DNA of 64,000 nt from a virus: positions 1 to 64,000 of IMG/VR virus record IMGVR_UViG_3300042295_000443, one strand, 5' to 3'. Numbering within the stretch: position 1 is the stretch's first letter; the number at the start of each line of letters is the position of its first letter. Below, one piece after another: positions 11,074 to 21,156 of the stretch. The notes beneath the pieces are model-generated. The model saw only the letters and a program-made list of their open reading frames with translations, did no database searches and was not told the origin of the DNA. A program made the position numbers and the translations under genes.

Positions 11074-11907
11074 TTAACCTACTCTTCTAACAGCCCAATC
11101 AATATTATCACCAAGTATACCAGCATAATTTATACCTGTCATATTTTGATGTCTTAGTACTAATTGTGCACCAGCAGTTAGAACTACACCTTGAATTCCA
11201 CCAGTTAAATATATTCTTGAATAAAATACACCAGGTGTTATAGTAAAAATATCAGCACAATAAACAGAAGTACCTGCACCTGGAATAGTAACTCCAATTG
11301 TATATGTTCCAGGAGTAACTGCATCACCCCAACCAAATCCAGTTTGAGAAGGTGCAGTTAAATATACATTATAATTAATATCATATTTACCAGTTTCAGG
11401 ACAAGTCCAAATTCCAGTAGCCGGATCATACTGTACTGTTGTTATATTATTTACTATTTGATAGTTTACATTAATAAGAGGAAACAAAATTACTACACCA
11501 TTTGCTATAATACTATTATTTAAATTTTGTGTAACTGTATTTACATTTATTGTAGGACTTAATGTTGCTCTAAAGGCTGTATCAAATAAACCTTGGTTGT
11601 TTTGAAGATTTAAAATAGATGCATCAATAATATCAATCTCAGTATTAATATCAATAATAACATCACAAAAGAAATTAATAACATCATCTAATGCATCTGC
11701 AAGATTTGTATCTGTTGCAACAACTACTGCACTTAAACATTCAATATCTAGACCTGTGTATACTACACATTGTGCATCAATAATTTCTGAACATGGTTCT
11801 GGAGTAGGACATCCTATAGGAGTTGGACATGCTGGTGGTGTAGTAAGAAAGTCATCTTGACATCCACATTTTTTACATCCACAGTTATTACAATTACTTG
11901 TTGCCAT
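11074..11907 (-). CDS. Fibre/spike protein, Cys-rich N-terminus, coiled coil, C1q-like C-terminal head
   Basis: YDPATGIWTCPETGKYDINYNVY matches the C1q/TNF-like YxxxTGxFTCPxxGxY motif. Confidence 0.55.
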   Translation of the reverse strand: MATSNCNNCGCKKCGCQDDFLTTPPACPTPIGCPTPEPCSEIIDAQCVVYTGLDIECLSAVVVATDTNLADALDDVINFFCDVIIDINTEIDIIDASILNLQNNQGLFDTAFRATLSPTINVNTVTQNLNNSIIANGVVILFPLINVNYQIVNNITTVQYDPATGIWTCPETGKYDINYNVYLTAPSQTGFGWGDAVTPGTYTIGVTIPGAGTSVYCADIFTITPGVFYSRIYLTGGIQGVVLTAGAQLVLRHQNMTGINYAGILGDNIDWAVRRVG

Positions 11908-11919
11908 TTTTTTATTTTT

Positions 11920-13551
11920 TTATCTTACAAAAGCTGTTAAGCCATCTAATGAAAATTTAAATCCTCCTACTTCTAAGGGTGCTCCTGCATCACAGGAGAT
12001 AGGCCACACTATATTATGAGTATCTGTATTTAATGGAGAATTGACAGCTGCTGGAAAATTTTGAACATCACTTGTTGCTCCAATATAGTTTGAAAGAAAT
12101 TCACCACTTCTTGCATTTGTAGTTAAAAATCTTGCTGCTGATTCTCCAGTAAAAGAATTAGTATCAGAACTATTTAATTCAAATAATTCTAATGTTGAAA
12201 TTCTAATAGTTTTATTAACTGTAATTACAATATTAGCAACAGCTGACATAAATGCTGTTCCAACACCAACACCATTAACTACTGTTAATTGTCTTGACAT
12301 AAATGCAACAGGTGCAGTATAATCTGCATCTAATATATCTGCTAATGCAACTACTGAAGTTGGTATTACAGATGCTCCATTATTAAATAACAGTCTTCCA
12401 TTAGCATCTTGTGTTACACCTCCAATTCCTGTAAAAGGAAGTACTTGCATTACATTATTATAAGAATCTTCATTTAATAAGTTTACAACAGAACCTGCTC
12501 CATTATCTAATGGTATAAATACATATCCTCTAAAATAAATTGTACTTCCAATTTTTCTACATTGAGGACCTTGAAAACCAGTATAATATGCAAAACCATC
12601 TAAGTCTTGCCATCCTGTATCTGTTAAATCAGCTGTTATAGTAAATACTGGTCCTGAAGTTACTGACACATCTATAGTATCAGTTGTAGTTCCAACTACA
12701 TCAATTAAAGTAGCATATTGATAAATATCACATAATACTATCCATAAATTATTTATAGCTCCAGCAATTGTTGTAGGAGGAGAACTTATCCATGTTCCAG
12801 CATATGCAATTGAAAAGGATGTACCATAAATAAGAGATAGATCTGCATTAGAAACACATTGAGAAAGTACTGCTGCAGTAATATCAGCAGGAGAACCTGT
12901 AGCTGATGTGAGTGCGCAATATCCATATGTACTATCATTTATTAAAGCATCTACTACTACATCAATAGGATATGCTCCTGGAGATACAACTACACCACTT
13001 AAATCACAATTTACTGCAATACTTGGTAATGTAAATGTTGGCGGTAGTGCTGTTTCTAATACAGTAACTCTTGTATCTAAGTTTATAATATCAAAATTAA
13101 TAGTATTTATTTGATTAATAATTCCACAGATAGCTATTCCCATTGATGTTGCATATTCTGTAACAGTCATAACAGTTGTAGTACCTATGATAAAGCAAGG
13201 AGCTACAGTAACTAAAGTATCTGCAGAAGCAGACTTTGTTCCTCCTGCTGCAACAGCAATAATAGTAGCATCAGCCTCTACTTGTAATTCACAAATTTTA
13301 TTTATTAAAAATTGTATTAACTCTTCAAAATTAGAAGGAGGACATGCAACAAGATTAAAACATGCAAGATCATAATTAGATATTTTTAATGTTTCCATTA
13401 TAGTACATAATTCTGTTGCAAGTTTATGAACAACATCAGAAACTGTATCTCCAGCACATAACTTTATACAAGGAATATCTGGTCCTTGCCAAATAACACA
13501 GTTACTTGATATTGGACTACAAGGAGAATTATCTAAATTTAAAGGTTTCAT
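11920..13551 (-). CDS. Structural (fibre/hub-like) protein, Cys-rich N-terminus
   Basis: 543 aa. CSPISSNCVIWQGPDIPC is paralogous to CSEIIDAQCVVYTGLDIEC of the downstream gene; DTGWQDL fibre-like motif. Confidence 0.5.
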   Translation of the reverse strand: MKPLNLDNSPCSPISSNCVIWQGPDIPCIKLCAGDTVSDVVHKLATELCTIMETLKISNYDLACFNLVACPPSNFEELIQFLINKICELQVEADATIIAVAAGGTKSASADTLVTVAPCFIIGTTTVMTVTEYATSMGIAICGIINQINTINFDIINLDTRVTVLETALPPTFTLPSIAVNCDLSGVVVSPGAYPIDVVVDALINDSTYGYCALTSATGSPADITAAVLSQCVSNADLSLIYGTSFSIAYAGTWISSPPTTIAGAINNLWIVLCDIYQYATLIDVVGTTTDTIDVSVTSGPVFTITADLTDTGWQDLDGFAYYTGFQGPQCRKIGSTIYFRGYVFIPLDNGAGSVVNLLNEDSYNNVMQVLPFTGIGGVTQDANGRLLFNNGASVIPTSVVALADILDADYTAPVAFMSRQLTVVNGVGVGTAFMSAVANIVITVNKTIRISTLELFELNSSDTNSFTGESAARFLTTNARSGEFLSNYIGATSDVQNFPAAVNSPLNTDTHNIVWPISCDAGAPLEVGGFKFSLDGLTAFVR

Positions 13552-13567
13552 ATCTTTTCTATTAATA

Positions 13568-13579
13568 TAATATACAAAA
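13568..13579 (-). promoter_or_regulatory. Late promoter motif TTTTGTATATTA
   Basis: GTATATTA 16 nt upstream of the ATG at 13551. Confidence 0.55.
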
Positions 13580-13584
13580 TTTTA

Positions 13585-15471
13585 TCAAGAATTACAAGTC
13601 TTTAATGGTGTACATCCACAATTAGGTGCTTCATTACAACAAGATTGTACAGTAGTACATATATAATTTGGATCTACTAATCCTGCTAAGTCTATTAATT
13701 CTTTTTTAATTAACCATTTACTATCATCTTCAGGGCAACAATTAGATATACCATATCTTTGCTCTAATACTTTTTTATACATTGCTTCTGCTGCTTTGCA
13801 AGTTATTTTTTCAAACTTTTCAATTGAACATGTGGGTACATAATATCCTGGTCTTATAAATCTTCTAGGATATATTGGTGCAGGACAAGTCCAAGGATCT
13901 TGTACTGTTTCTTGTGTACAATTTCCAAAAGCTTCTATGTAATCTGTATTAGGAAAATATACTGCCCAAGCACGTATACAAAATTTTCCTGATGTTTCTC
14001 CTGGTAGAAGTGTAAAGAACTGTACATCAAGAATACAATCATAGTATCTATACTGTTTAGATGTTGTACTATCATTTCTTACTGTAATACATATACAAGG
14101 TAATGTAAGTAAACATTCATCACAATCTATATATTCTTCATCTATAAATATTACTTCTCCAGCATCTGTTGCATCACGAGATATAGAAACTTCCCAACAT
14201 GTTTCTGGACAATATTCTAATTTAATTACAGATCCTACATATGTACTTAAATCTGTATAAGTAATTGCATCAGGTAAATAACCAGTACAATCTTCAAGTA
14301 AATAATAAGTTCTTGCACACTCTATACAACCTATGTAACTTGTATCTACTGTTATAGCAACATCAGATGGAATTAAATCTACTTCTTCTACAATCCAACA
14401 TCCTGGACAGTCAAGTCTAATTATTACTTCACCTACATAAGCACTTAAATTTGTAGTTGTATAAACAACAGTTAAAGGTTCATCACAATTAGTAAGTTTA
14501 TACTTAGGAGTTCCTTTACACGTTGGACAATCTATATAAGAAGTAGTAATACTAACATTTATTGCACAGTCACATTCTGCTGTATCTATTACTTCCCAAC
14601 AAGTATCTGGATAACCTTCTATTCTTATTACTGATCCAATAATTGCATAAATACCTAATGAAGTGTTATTAGTATAAATAGGATCTTCAATACCATCACA
14701 ATCTTCAAGTAAATAACACTGTACTGGACATTCACCATTAATACAGTCTCCTGCATTATTTATATAAAAAGGTAATGGAAATGCATTATCTATTACAGTA
14801 GGAACTACTGATGAACAAAATTTTTCTTCATTACCTACTAATGTACCTGTTTGTTGAAAATTACCATCACAATCAATGTAATAACAATCTTTAGCATTTG
14901 CAATTACTGAATAACAGATACAGTCACAAATACATGGTAAACCTATTACTAAAGTTTCTCCAGATGAAGCACAAGGTAATAATTCTTGTGGAGCTAAAAC
15001 AACATGAAAACAAGTAGGATCAAAATCTGAACCATCAATAATTACAGATTGTCCAACATAAGCTGACAAATCTTGATTTGTAGTAAAAAATGGAACTGAA
15101 CCATCACAAGACATTAATAAATAACAAGGAGGACACTGAAAACACTCTACATAAAGTTCAAGTTCACCAGTTATAGGATCAGGAACATAACATGTTGTTC
15201 TACCATCTGTAGTACTCATGCAATTACTTGGTAAAAAAGTACATGGTGTATTTGGTGCACAAGTACCTATAACAGGTGTAACTAAATAACAATTACCTGA
15301 TATGAGACCATCAAAACCAAGAGGAAAAGCTCCAGCAGAGTCAAATAATAATACTTCTGGTAAAGTAATACTATAGAAAGGACTTGTTGCCATGATAGGT
15401 CCTTGGAAATATAATATTTCATCAGTGCAACATGACTCAAATCTATAATAAGTATTTATAGGAACTGACAT
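13585..15471 (-). CDS. Cys-rich repeat structural protein
   Basis: 628 aa with about 4 repeats of roughly 67 aa (YxLxxC...LSxYVG.VI...CWxV...YIDCxxC) and 2 repeats of a second Cys type. Confidence 0.6.
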   Translation of the reverse strand: MSVPINTYYRFESCCTDEILYFQGPIMATSPFYSITLPEVLLFDSAGAFPLGFDGLISGNCYLVTPVIGTCAPNTPCTFLPSNCMSTTDGRTTCYVPDPITGELELYVECFQCPPCYLLMSCDGSVPFFTTNQDLSAYVGQSVIIDGSDFDPTCFHVVLAPQELLPCASSGETLVIGLPCICDCICYSVIANAKDCYYIDCDGNFQQTGTLVGNEEKFCSSVVPTVIDNAFPLPFYINNAGDCINGECPVQCYLLEDCDGIEDPIYTNNTSLGIYAIIGSVIRIEGYPDTCWEVIDTAECDCAINVSITTSYIDCPTCKGTPKYKLTNCDEPLTVVYTTTNLSAYVGEVIIRLDCPGCWIVEEVDLIPSDVAITVDTSYIGCIECARTYYLLEDCTGYLPDAITYTDLSTYVGSVIKLEYCPETCWEVSISRDATDAGEVIFIDEEYIDCDECLLTLPCICITVRNDSTTSKQYRYYDCILDVQFFTLLPGETSGKFCIRAWAVYFPNTDYIEAFGNCTQETVQDPWTCPAPIYPRRFIRPGYYVPTCSIEKFEKITCKAAEAMYKKVLEQRYGISNCCPEDDSKWLIKKELIDLAGLVDPNYICTTVQSCCNEAPNCGCTPLKTCNS

Positions 15472-15663
15472 TTATTTTATTTTTGTGTGTAGTTCTGGAC
15501 CCCAGAATTTTTTTAATGTATTATTTTTATTAATTGTAGTTGCAGGTTGTTTAGTGCTTTTTGTATCAGTAATGCAACTAGTGCATCCTACTACTCCTTC
15601 TGGTGAAGTTCTTTTTTGACATCCACAAGACATATTTTTTTTACAGTTTGAACATTGAGCCAT
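15472..15663 (-). CDS. Small Cys-rich (CxxC-CGC-CxxC) protein
   Basis: 63-aa ORF abutting the next gene. Confidence 0.55.
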   Translation of the reverse strand: MAQCSNCKKNMSCGCQKRTSPEGVVGCTSCITDTKSTKQPATTINKNNTLKKFWGPELHTKIK

Positions 15664-15681
15664 TGGTTTGGTTTTAGTTGG

Positions 15682-16242
15682 TTAACAATTTATACAGTCT
15701 AATTTATTTAAAAGTTTTAAAGCATAATTGTATAAGCTCATTCCTTTCTGAGGCTCAAGACAATATTCTACTTTAGATTTTGCAGATTGAAGATACATAA
15801 AAATTAATCTTAATGCTTCAAGTTTTTCCTTTATTATAAAAGGAGGATCACAAGCAGCTACATCTACATCACATAATATTTTATTATATTTTATTAAAGC
15901 TTGAGTAATCCTTAAATGATTATACTCTACATATACACTAGAATTTGGAGACACACTATATTTTATAATATAAATACCATCTGGTATATTTACATATTGT
16001 GTTCCACAATTTGTTGTTTGTAATTGTAAATCACAGGCTGTTAATGTAATATGAGAATCATTTACAAATGCTACCATATCAACTCCTTCTATTTGATTTG
16101 AATATCCAAATCCTGGAACAGTAATATTCAAGGTTGGACAAGTAATTGGAATAAGAGGTGTATACACACTTGTATCAAATATTTTAAGTATACAAGGATT
16201 CATTACTGTAGGGACCTCTAAACTTAATACATGATTTGCCAT
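15682..16242 (-). CDS. Putative structural protein (tail hub-like)
   Basis: 186 aa, IPDGIYIIKYSV motif, in structural block. Confidence 0.4.
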   Translation of the reverse strand: MANHVLSLEVPTVMNPCILKIFDTSVYTPLIPITCPTLNITVPGFGYSNQIEGVDMVAFVNDSHITLTACDLQLQTTNCGTQYVNIPDGIYIIKYSVSPNSSVYVEYNHLRITQALIKYNKILCDVDVAACDPPFIIKEKLEALRLIFMYLQSAKSKVEYCLEPQKGMSLYNYALKLLNKLDCINC

Positions 16243-16256
16243 AATGATTATAATGA

Positions 16257-16293
16257 AAAAAGGGGAAAGGAGTTTAGAACTCTTCTCCCCTTT
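16257..16293 (-). terminator. Intrinsic terminator
   Basis: AAAGGGGAGAAGAG...CTCCTTTCCCCTTTTT on the minus strand, after the 568-aa gene. Confidence 0.75.
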
Positions 16294-16317
16294 AAAGTTA
16301 GTAATTAATCTATATTC

Positions 16318-18024
16318 TTAGTTACAAGAAACTACATTGTACGGGTTATAAACCGGTACTGCAGGGAATGCAATAGGAACTTCACATACAGTAGAACAAG
16401 AATAACCTGTTGTATCACAAACATCTGCACAAGCTAACCATAAAAGTGTTTGAGTCTTAAATGTAGTAAGTGGTGCTAAAGAGAATATCTCTAACATGTA
16501 TTGATCAGCATCAAATGTACCAGAAGGATTATAATTCCTTGGAACATTGTGTTGTAACATATATCTGTAGTATAATGCAGTGCGGTCAACTGAACTAATG
16601 ATTTGGTTTCCTTGAGTAATCTCACGGATCCTAAAGTCACTTGCTAAGAAGTTTTGTCTGTAAGATTCTGACATAGTCAAATCCCTTACTACAGTTTCTC
16701 CTAAACCTTGAACTTGAAGACCTTGACATTCTGTTACTACACAAAGAGTAGTAAATGCACATGGGTCACCATTATAATCTACTTCAGAAGCATATAATTT
16801 AACTGGCTCTTTCTCATAGAAATCAGAAAGTTGGAAAGTACAATCTCCAAATTTAGTATCTACATAAGCACCATTTATAATTAAACCTGCACAAGCACCA
16901 GCAGTATGTCCTGGAGATACATATAGATCCCAAGTAGTAGCACCATTAGCTGCTAAAAATGTAGCAGATGTTCCTGGAGCATACAAAAGTGATCCATCTT
17001 CAGCTTGTACAACAATCTGTACAAAAGGACCTACAATTGGATTAGTAGTTAAACCATTTGCCCATAAAATCATTACTGTAGTTGAGTCAACTGCAGTAGG
17101 AGCAATTGCACCAGCTGGACAACATCCTGTATAAGCATCTTGTGTTGAATATGCATTGTGATTTAAGAACCTTAATGCAGGAGAACCTTTTACATCTAAA
17201 CGTAAAGAGTAAGTCTCACCACATAAATATTCTTTACAACATTCTGGAGTAATTCCACATCCTTCTTGAGAATGAGAAGCTGTTACACCAAGAAGACTAA
17301 CTGTTAAAATTGCATTTCCAGGAAGACCAGTTGAATAAGGAATAGTAACTGTATCACCTACAGCATATCCTTTTCCAGGATTAAGAATAACAATTGAACC
17401 AGCAGCAACTTTTTGACCAGCTGTAGTATCATAAGAAACTACAAGTCCAGTTCCAGTACCTGTAGTAGTTACAGGAGCTGCAACAATATTAGTTTGAGAA
17501 ACTCCATATAATGTATTTACACCACCAATAGCAGCATCAATAAGTAAGATACCACCACCTGCAGTCCAATATGTAGAACCTACATGGATTACATTATTTT
17601 GTGGAGCACATGGATCTACTGAATAAAAACGAGATACATACTTAGGGTTTACCATTTTAGACTTGTTAGTCTCTTGGTAACCACCAGCTAAAGGTCCAAT
17701 TTTGTCATTAGAATAAATTGCAGAACCTGCAAGATATGCATTACAACAAGCTGATCCACTACCAATAGCAAGTGATAAATTACTTTTTGGATCAAACCAT
17801 CCAATGTATCCATCAGTAGTAGCCGTAGTAGCTGTACCATAAGTACCAACACTAATTGCTGATAATTGATTTAAACCATAAGTAGGCATACCTGCTGTTG
17901 CTACATATCCTAAAGATGTAGTAGCATTAACTGTAGTGTTGTCAGGAAATGTTACAGGAAAATTTGTTTGTGTCGGTCCTGTTGCCAGGAAGCTTTTTTT
18001 GAAAGCATGATTAAAATAAGCCAT
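16318..18024 (-). CDS. Abundant structural protein (auxiliary capsid-like)
   Basis: 568 aa, G/A/T-rich, with its own promoter motif and terminator, in the head block. Confidence 0.45.
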   Translation of the reverse strand: MAYFNHAFKKSFLATGPTQTNFPVTFPDNTTVNATTSLGYVATAGMPTYGLNQLSAISVGTYGTATTATTDGYIGWFDPKSNLSLAIGSGSACCNAYLAGSAIYSNDKIGPLAGGYQETNKSKMVNPKYVSRFYSVDPCAPQNNVIHVGSTYWTAGGGILLIDAAIGGVNTLYGVSQTNIVAAPVTTTGTGTGLVVSYDTTAGQKVAAGSIVILNPGKGYAVGDTVTIPYSTGLPGNAILTVSLLGVTASHSQEGCGITPECCKEYLCGETYSLRLDVKGSPALRFLNHNAYSTQDAYTGCCPAGAIAPTAVDSTTVMILWANGLTTNPIVGPFVQIVVQAEDGSLLYAPGTSATFLAANGATTWDLYVSPGHTAGACAGLIINGAYVDTKFGDCTFQLSDFYEKEPVKLYASEVDYNGDPCAFTTLCVVTECQGLQVQGLGETVVRDLTMSESYRQNFLASDFRIREITQGNQIISSVDRTALYYRYMLQHNVPRNYNPSGTFDADQYMLEIFSLAPLTTFKTQTLLWLACADVCDTTGYSCSTVCEVPIAFPAVPVYNPYNVVSCN

Positions 18025-18051
18025 TTTGTTTTTTGTTTTTAGTTAATAATA

Positions 18052-18074
18052 TAATATACTATAATATAGTAAAA
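18052..18074 (-). promoter_or_regulatory. Tandem late promoter motifs
   Basis: TTTTACTATATTATAGTATATTA upstream of the ATG at 18024. Confidence 0.5.
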
Positions 18075-18092
18075 GTTTTTGATATAACAAAA

Positions 18093-18542
18093 TTATTTTA
18101 AAAACTTTAATTTATATTTTGCTGAGTTTAATGTAGACTTAACTGTGTCAAGTTCATTTACTATTTCTGAATAAGGCATTTTAGATTGTAAACCATCTAT
18201 CATGTCAACTAACATTCTAATATATGCAAGGCCATCTTCAACAGTATTTAATATTTTAGGAGCAACTTCATTATATTTTAAAAGTACTTCTGCTGCTCCT
18301 TGAAATCCTTCTGCTAATGCATCAGCATGTTCTGGTAATGCATCATACAATTCATTAAGAGCTTTGTGTGCTGAATAAGATCCTGCACCTGTTACTTTAA
18401 GATGTAACTTATGAAAACTTGTTCCAGCATTCATTAATTCAGATACACATGCTGCAGTAATTTGATCTATTGATCCACCAACATATCCTTTTTCTAGAGT
18501 ACTTGTAGTTGGATTTCTTTTTAACATTCTAGGTGTTTCCAT
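18093..18542 (-). CDS. Dps/ferritin-like protein
   Basis: FHKLHLKVTG..SYSAHKALNELYD...ADALAEGFQG helix-bundle motif typical of phage Dps-like proteins. Confidence 0.7.
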   Translation of the reverse strand: METPRMLKRNPTTSTLEKGYVGGSIDQITAACVSELMNAGTSFHKLHLKVTGAGSYSAHKALNELYDALPEHADALAEGFQGAAEVLLKYNEVAPKILNTVEDGLAYIRMLVDMIDGLQSKMPYSEIVNELDTVKSTLNSAKYKLKFLK

Positions 18543-18547
18543 TTTAT

Positions 18548-19246
18548 TTAGTTATTTCTTTCTGCTGTTTCTGTACCTCTTGAGAATTGGTTTCCAGACT
18601 CTATATCTCCAGCTAGTATACTTACTGCTTCATCTATTATTACTTCTATAATATCATCTTTAAATTCACATGGTACATTTACAGTAGATTGAAGTGATGT
18701 ATAAGGATCTACACAACCTTGAATTTGAATCTTAATTGGTTGTCTGTAATATATAAGATTAGTTTCTGCAACATCAAAATCTTTATTAGTATAAATGTTA
18801 ACAGCTCCTCCTTTTAAAGTAGCAAATGTTTCTGCCCATTCAAAGTTGGGTTGTTTCTGTTTATCTCTTAAAAGTAAATTTACATTTCCTTCTTCAGCAA
18901 AATATACAGTCATTCTTCTATTCTCACAACAACCTTTTTTTGCAAATACATCTACTCTTTTCCATTGTAAATAATCTACAGGAAGAGTTCCTGAATAATA
19001 ATAATCTTGATCTGCTAAAGGAAGCTGACTTGTTTCCATTAAGACTTGTAAATCATCTTTTCTTCTAGTAGATTGTTCATCACCTTCTTTAACTAAGTTA
19101 ATTCCATGTAACTGTCTTCTTGACCATTCTACTTGAGCTTTATTAAAAGCCTCTACTATTTGCCAGCATTCTATATTATCATAGTCATTACTATCAAGCT
19201 TGTTGATTCTTTGTTTAATCTTTATGGTAATAGTACTATTTAACAT
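18548..19246 (-). CDS. Head-tail connector / ring protein
   Basis: 232 aa. FNKAQ...EQSTRRKDDLQVL...YYRQP...EVIIDEAV pattern of crAss-like ring proteins. Confidence 0.5.
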   Translation of the reverse strand: MLNSTITIKIKQRINKLDSNDYDNIECWQIVEAFNKAQVEWSRRQLHGINLVKEGDEQSTRRKDDLQVLMETSQLPLADQDYYYSGTLPVDYLQWKRVDVFAKKGCCENRRMTVYFAEEGNVNLLLRDKQKQPNFEWAETFATLKGGAVNIYTNKDFDVAETNLIYYRQPIKIQIQGCVDPYTSLQSTVNVPCEFKDDIIEVIIDEAVSILAGDIESGNQFSRGTETAERNN

Positions 19247-19249
19247 TTG

Positions 19250-19873
19250 TTATTTCTTTTTATTTTTTTTAGCTCCAACAATTCTATCAGCAAAAGTAGC
19301 TTTATTATATGGAGGAGCTAATGCTGCAAATTTCTTAGCTTTAGTTGCTCCACCTTTTTGCATCGTCGTATTCACAACATTTATGCTTCCTTTAGCAGGT
19401 TCACTGTTAGCCATTCTCTTAGAAAAACCTTTATTGTTATATAAAGTTCCTGCATTTTTTTCTTTATTATAAAACTCATTTGTTTTTTCCTGAGCTTCAC
19501 TAAACCTTGGATCATTCATTACATTTGAATTTGCAGTACCTGTTTGTTTTCCAGTATTTGTATTTCTATAAATTGTATTAGACTTATTATAAGGACCTTC
19601 TTTATACGAATTTATGTATGGATTAGTTACAGGTCCTGCTGACTTTACTCTTTGTCCTTCAAGATAACTCCATTCAGGTTCTGCACCTACCATGGGTGCA
19701 TTTGCATACTCTTTTGCAAGTTCACTACCTTTATATTCAATACCATTTTGAGCTTTTCTCAAAGTTTGTTTTGGTTCAACAGATTTTTTTGCTTTTAAAG
19801 AATTAAAATATCCTAATGGATTTCCAAGAGGAGTTCCTAAAGGACCCATCTTAACTTTATTTGTCTTTTTCAT
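19250..19873 (-). CDS. Lys-rich protein with AQNG / MQKGG motifs
   Basis: ORF track; basic termini, GG motif. Confidence 0.6.
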   Translation of the reverse strand: MKKTNKVKMGPLGTPLGNPLGYFNSLKAKKSVEPKQTLRKAQNGIEYKGSELAKEYANAPMVGAEPEWSYLEGQRVKSAGPVTNPYINSYKEGPYNKSNTIYRNTNTGKQTGTANSNVMNDPRFSEAQEKTNEFYNKEKNAGTLYNNKGFSKRMANSEPAKGSINVVNTTMQKGGATKAKKFAALAPPYNKATFADRIVGAKKNKKK

Positions 19874-19875
19874 AA

Positions 19876-20229
19876 TTATTTCTTTTTAACTATTTTTTTT
19901 ACAGATCCACCTTTTTTTTGTTGTTTCATACCAACATAGAAACCCCTATTAAACCGGTATTTATCTTCTCTTATATTATTTTCTACTAAATCTCTTAAAC
20001 CTGCACGATCATTTATTTTTTCTGGATTTAAAACCACTGGACCTTCAACCATAGGACTTGGTTTATTTGGATCATATATTCTATCAAGTCTTTCTGAGTC
20101 TCTTCTTTCTAAAGGACCAGCAACAATACCATCTTGAGCTTTAATTAAAGATTTACTAAATGATTTATTTCTAGCTGCCTTAGCATCATTAAAGAATTTA
20201 AGTGGATTTGAAGTAGTTGTCTTTTTCAT
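19876..20229 (-). CDS. Lys-rich protein with AQDG / QKKGG motifs
   Basis: ORF track. NPLKFFN is paralogous to NPLGYFN in the neighbouring gene. Confidence 0.6.
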   Translation of the reverse strand: MKKTTTSNPLKFFNDAKAARNKSFSKSLIKAQDGIVAGPLERRDSERLDRIYDPNKPSPMVEGPVVLNPEKINDRAGLRDLVENNIREDKYRFNRGFYVGMKQQKKGGSVKKIVKKK

Positions 20230-20231
20230 AG

Positions 20232-20381
20232 TTATTTCTTTTTAGCCATTGCTTTAAATGTCCGAGCTAATGCTGCTCTTTTAGGTGTACAGGTTTTTTT
20301 ACTCATAGGTGTACAAAAACCTTTGTGTTTAGGATTCACAGCTTTTTGGATCCAGTTTTTATCTGTTTTTTTAGTAGCCAC
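20232..20381 (-). CDS. 49-aa basic protein (NWIQKA...KRAALARTFK)
   Basis: Below ORF-track cutoff. GTG start overlaps the upstream stop and the ORF fills the gap exactly; the WIQKA motif is common in small phage proteins. Confidence 0.6.
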   Translation of the reverse strand: MATKKTDKNWIQKAVNPKHKGFCTPMSKKTCTPKRAALARTFKAMAKKK

Positions 20382-20905
20382 TATTGTTTGTTAGCATTAA
20401 CTTTAACTTTGTTAGCATTAACTTTTACCTTGTTTTTGTTAACTGCAACCTTATTCTTATTAGCTTTGTCTTTATTATTAATAGCAAGTGTAGTAAGACC
20501 TGCAGCAATACCTGTACCAATAAGACCACCCCCTCCAATATTTTTAGCCATAAATTTTGCATTTTCTTTAATACCTGGTACTCTTACTATAGTTCCGTCA
20601 GCTCTTGTAACAGATTTAACAGCTTTAGCTGCAGGTTTGATAACTTTAGAACTTTTACCAGTAGCTCCTATAGCAGGTCCAAAAAATTTAGAAACTCCTT
20701 TTACAATTTTTCCTAATTGAGCTTTTGGAAGATTTTTTGTAGAACCACCTTTTCTACCAAAACCATATTGACTAGAAGTACCCATGTTTTCTTGGGGAAT
20801 ACCATACATGTTTACTGGAGCTTTAGCTAATACTTTTTTAGGAGTTATACCACCATTAGCCATTTTAACTTTACCACCACATTTTGCACACATTAACTTT
20901 GCCAT
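20381..20905 (-). CDS. Lys-rich protein with MANGG/RKGG motifs and a hydrophobic Gly-rich segment
   Basis: ORF track; C-terminal NKVKVNA tandem repeats. Confidence 0.6.
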   Translation of the reverse strand: MAKLMCAKCGGKVKMANGGITPKKVLAKAPVNMYGIPQENMGTSSQYGFGRKGGSTKNLPKAQLGKIVKGVSKFFGPAIGATGKSSKVIKPAAKAVKSVTRADGTIVRVPGIKENAKFMAKNIGGGGLIGTGIAAGLTTLAINNKDKANKNKVAVNKNKVKVNANKVKVNANKQ

Positions 20906-20917
20906 AATTTCTATATT

Positions 20918-21154
20918 TTATTTATTTTTAGTAAAATTGTTTAATACATTAACTTGTTCTTGAGCAAGTTTTTTTACATCAGCCATCATCTTAGTATTCT
21001 TTCTAATCTCATCAGCTCTTTTTAAAGTGCTTAATGCAGATTCAACTTCCCACTTTCTCATGTCAGCTTTATTTCCACCCATAATAGAAAGCCCTACTGA
21101 AGAAGATTTCTTAGTAGGTGCTTTCTTAATAGTAGTTGTTTTTTTAATTGCCAT
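20918..21154 (-). CDS. Small basic protein
   Basis: 78 aa, KWEVESALSTLKRADEI helix. Confidence 0.55.
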   Translation of the reverse strand: MAIKKTTTIKKAPTKKSSSVGLSIMGGNKADMRKWEVESALSTLKRADEIRKNTKMMADVKKLAQEQVNVLNNFTKNK

Positions 21155-21156
21155 GA

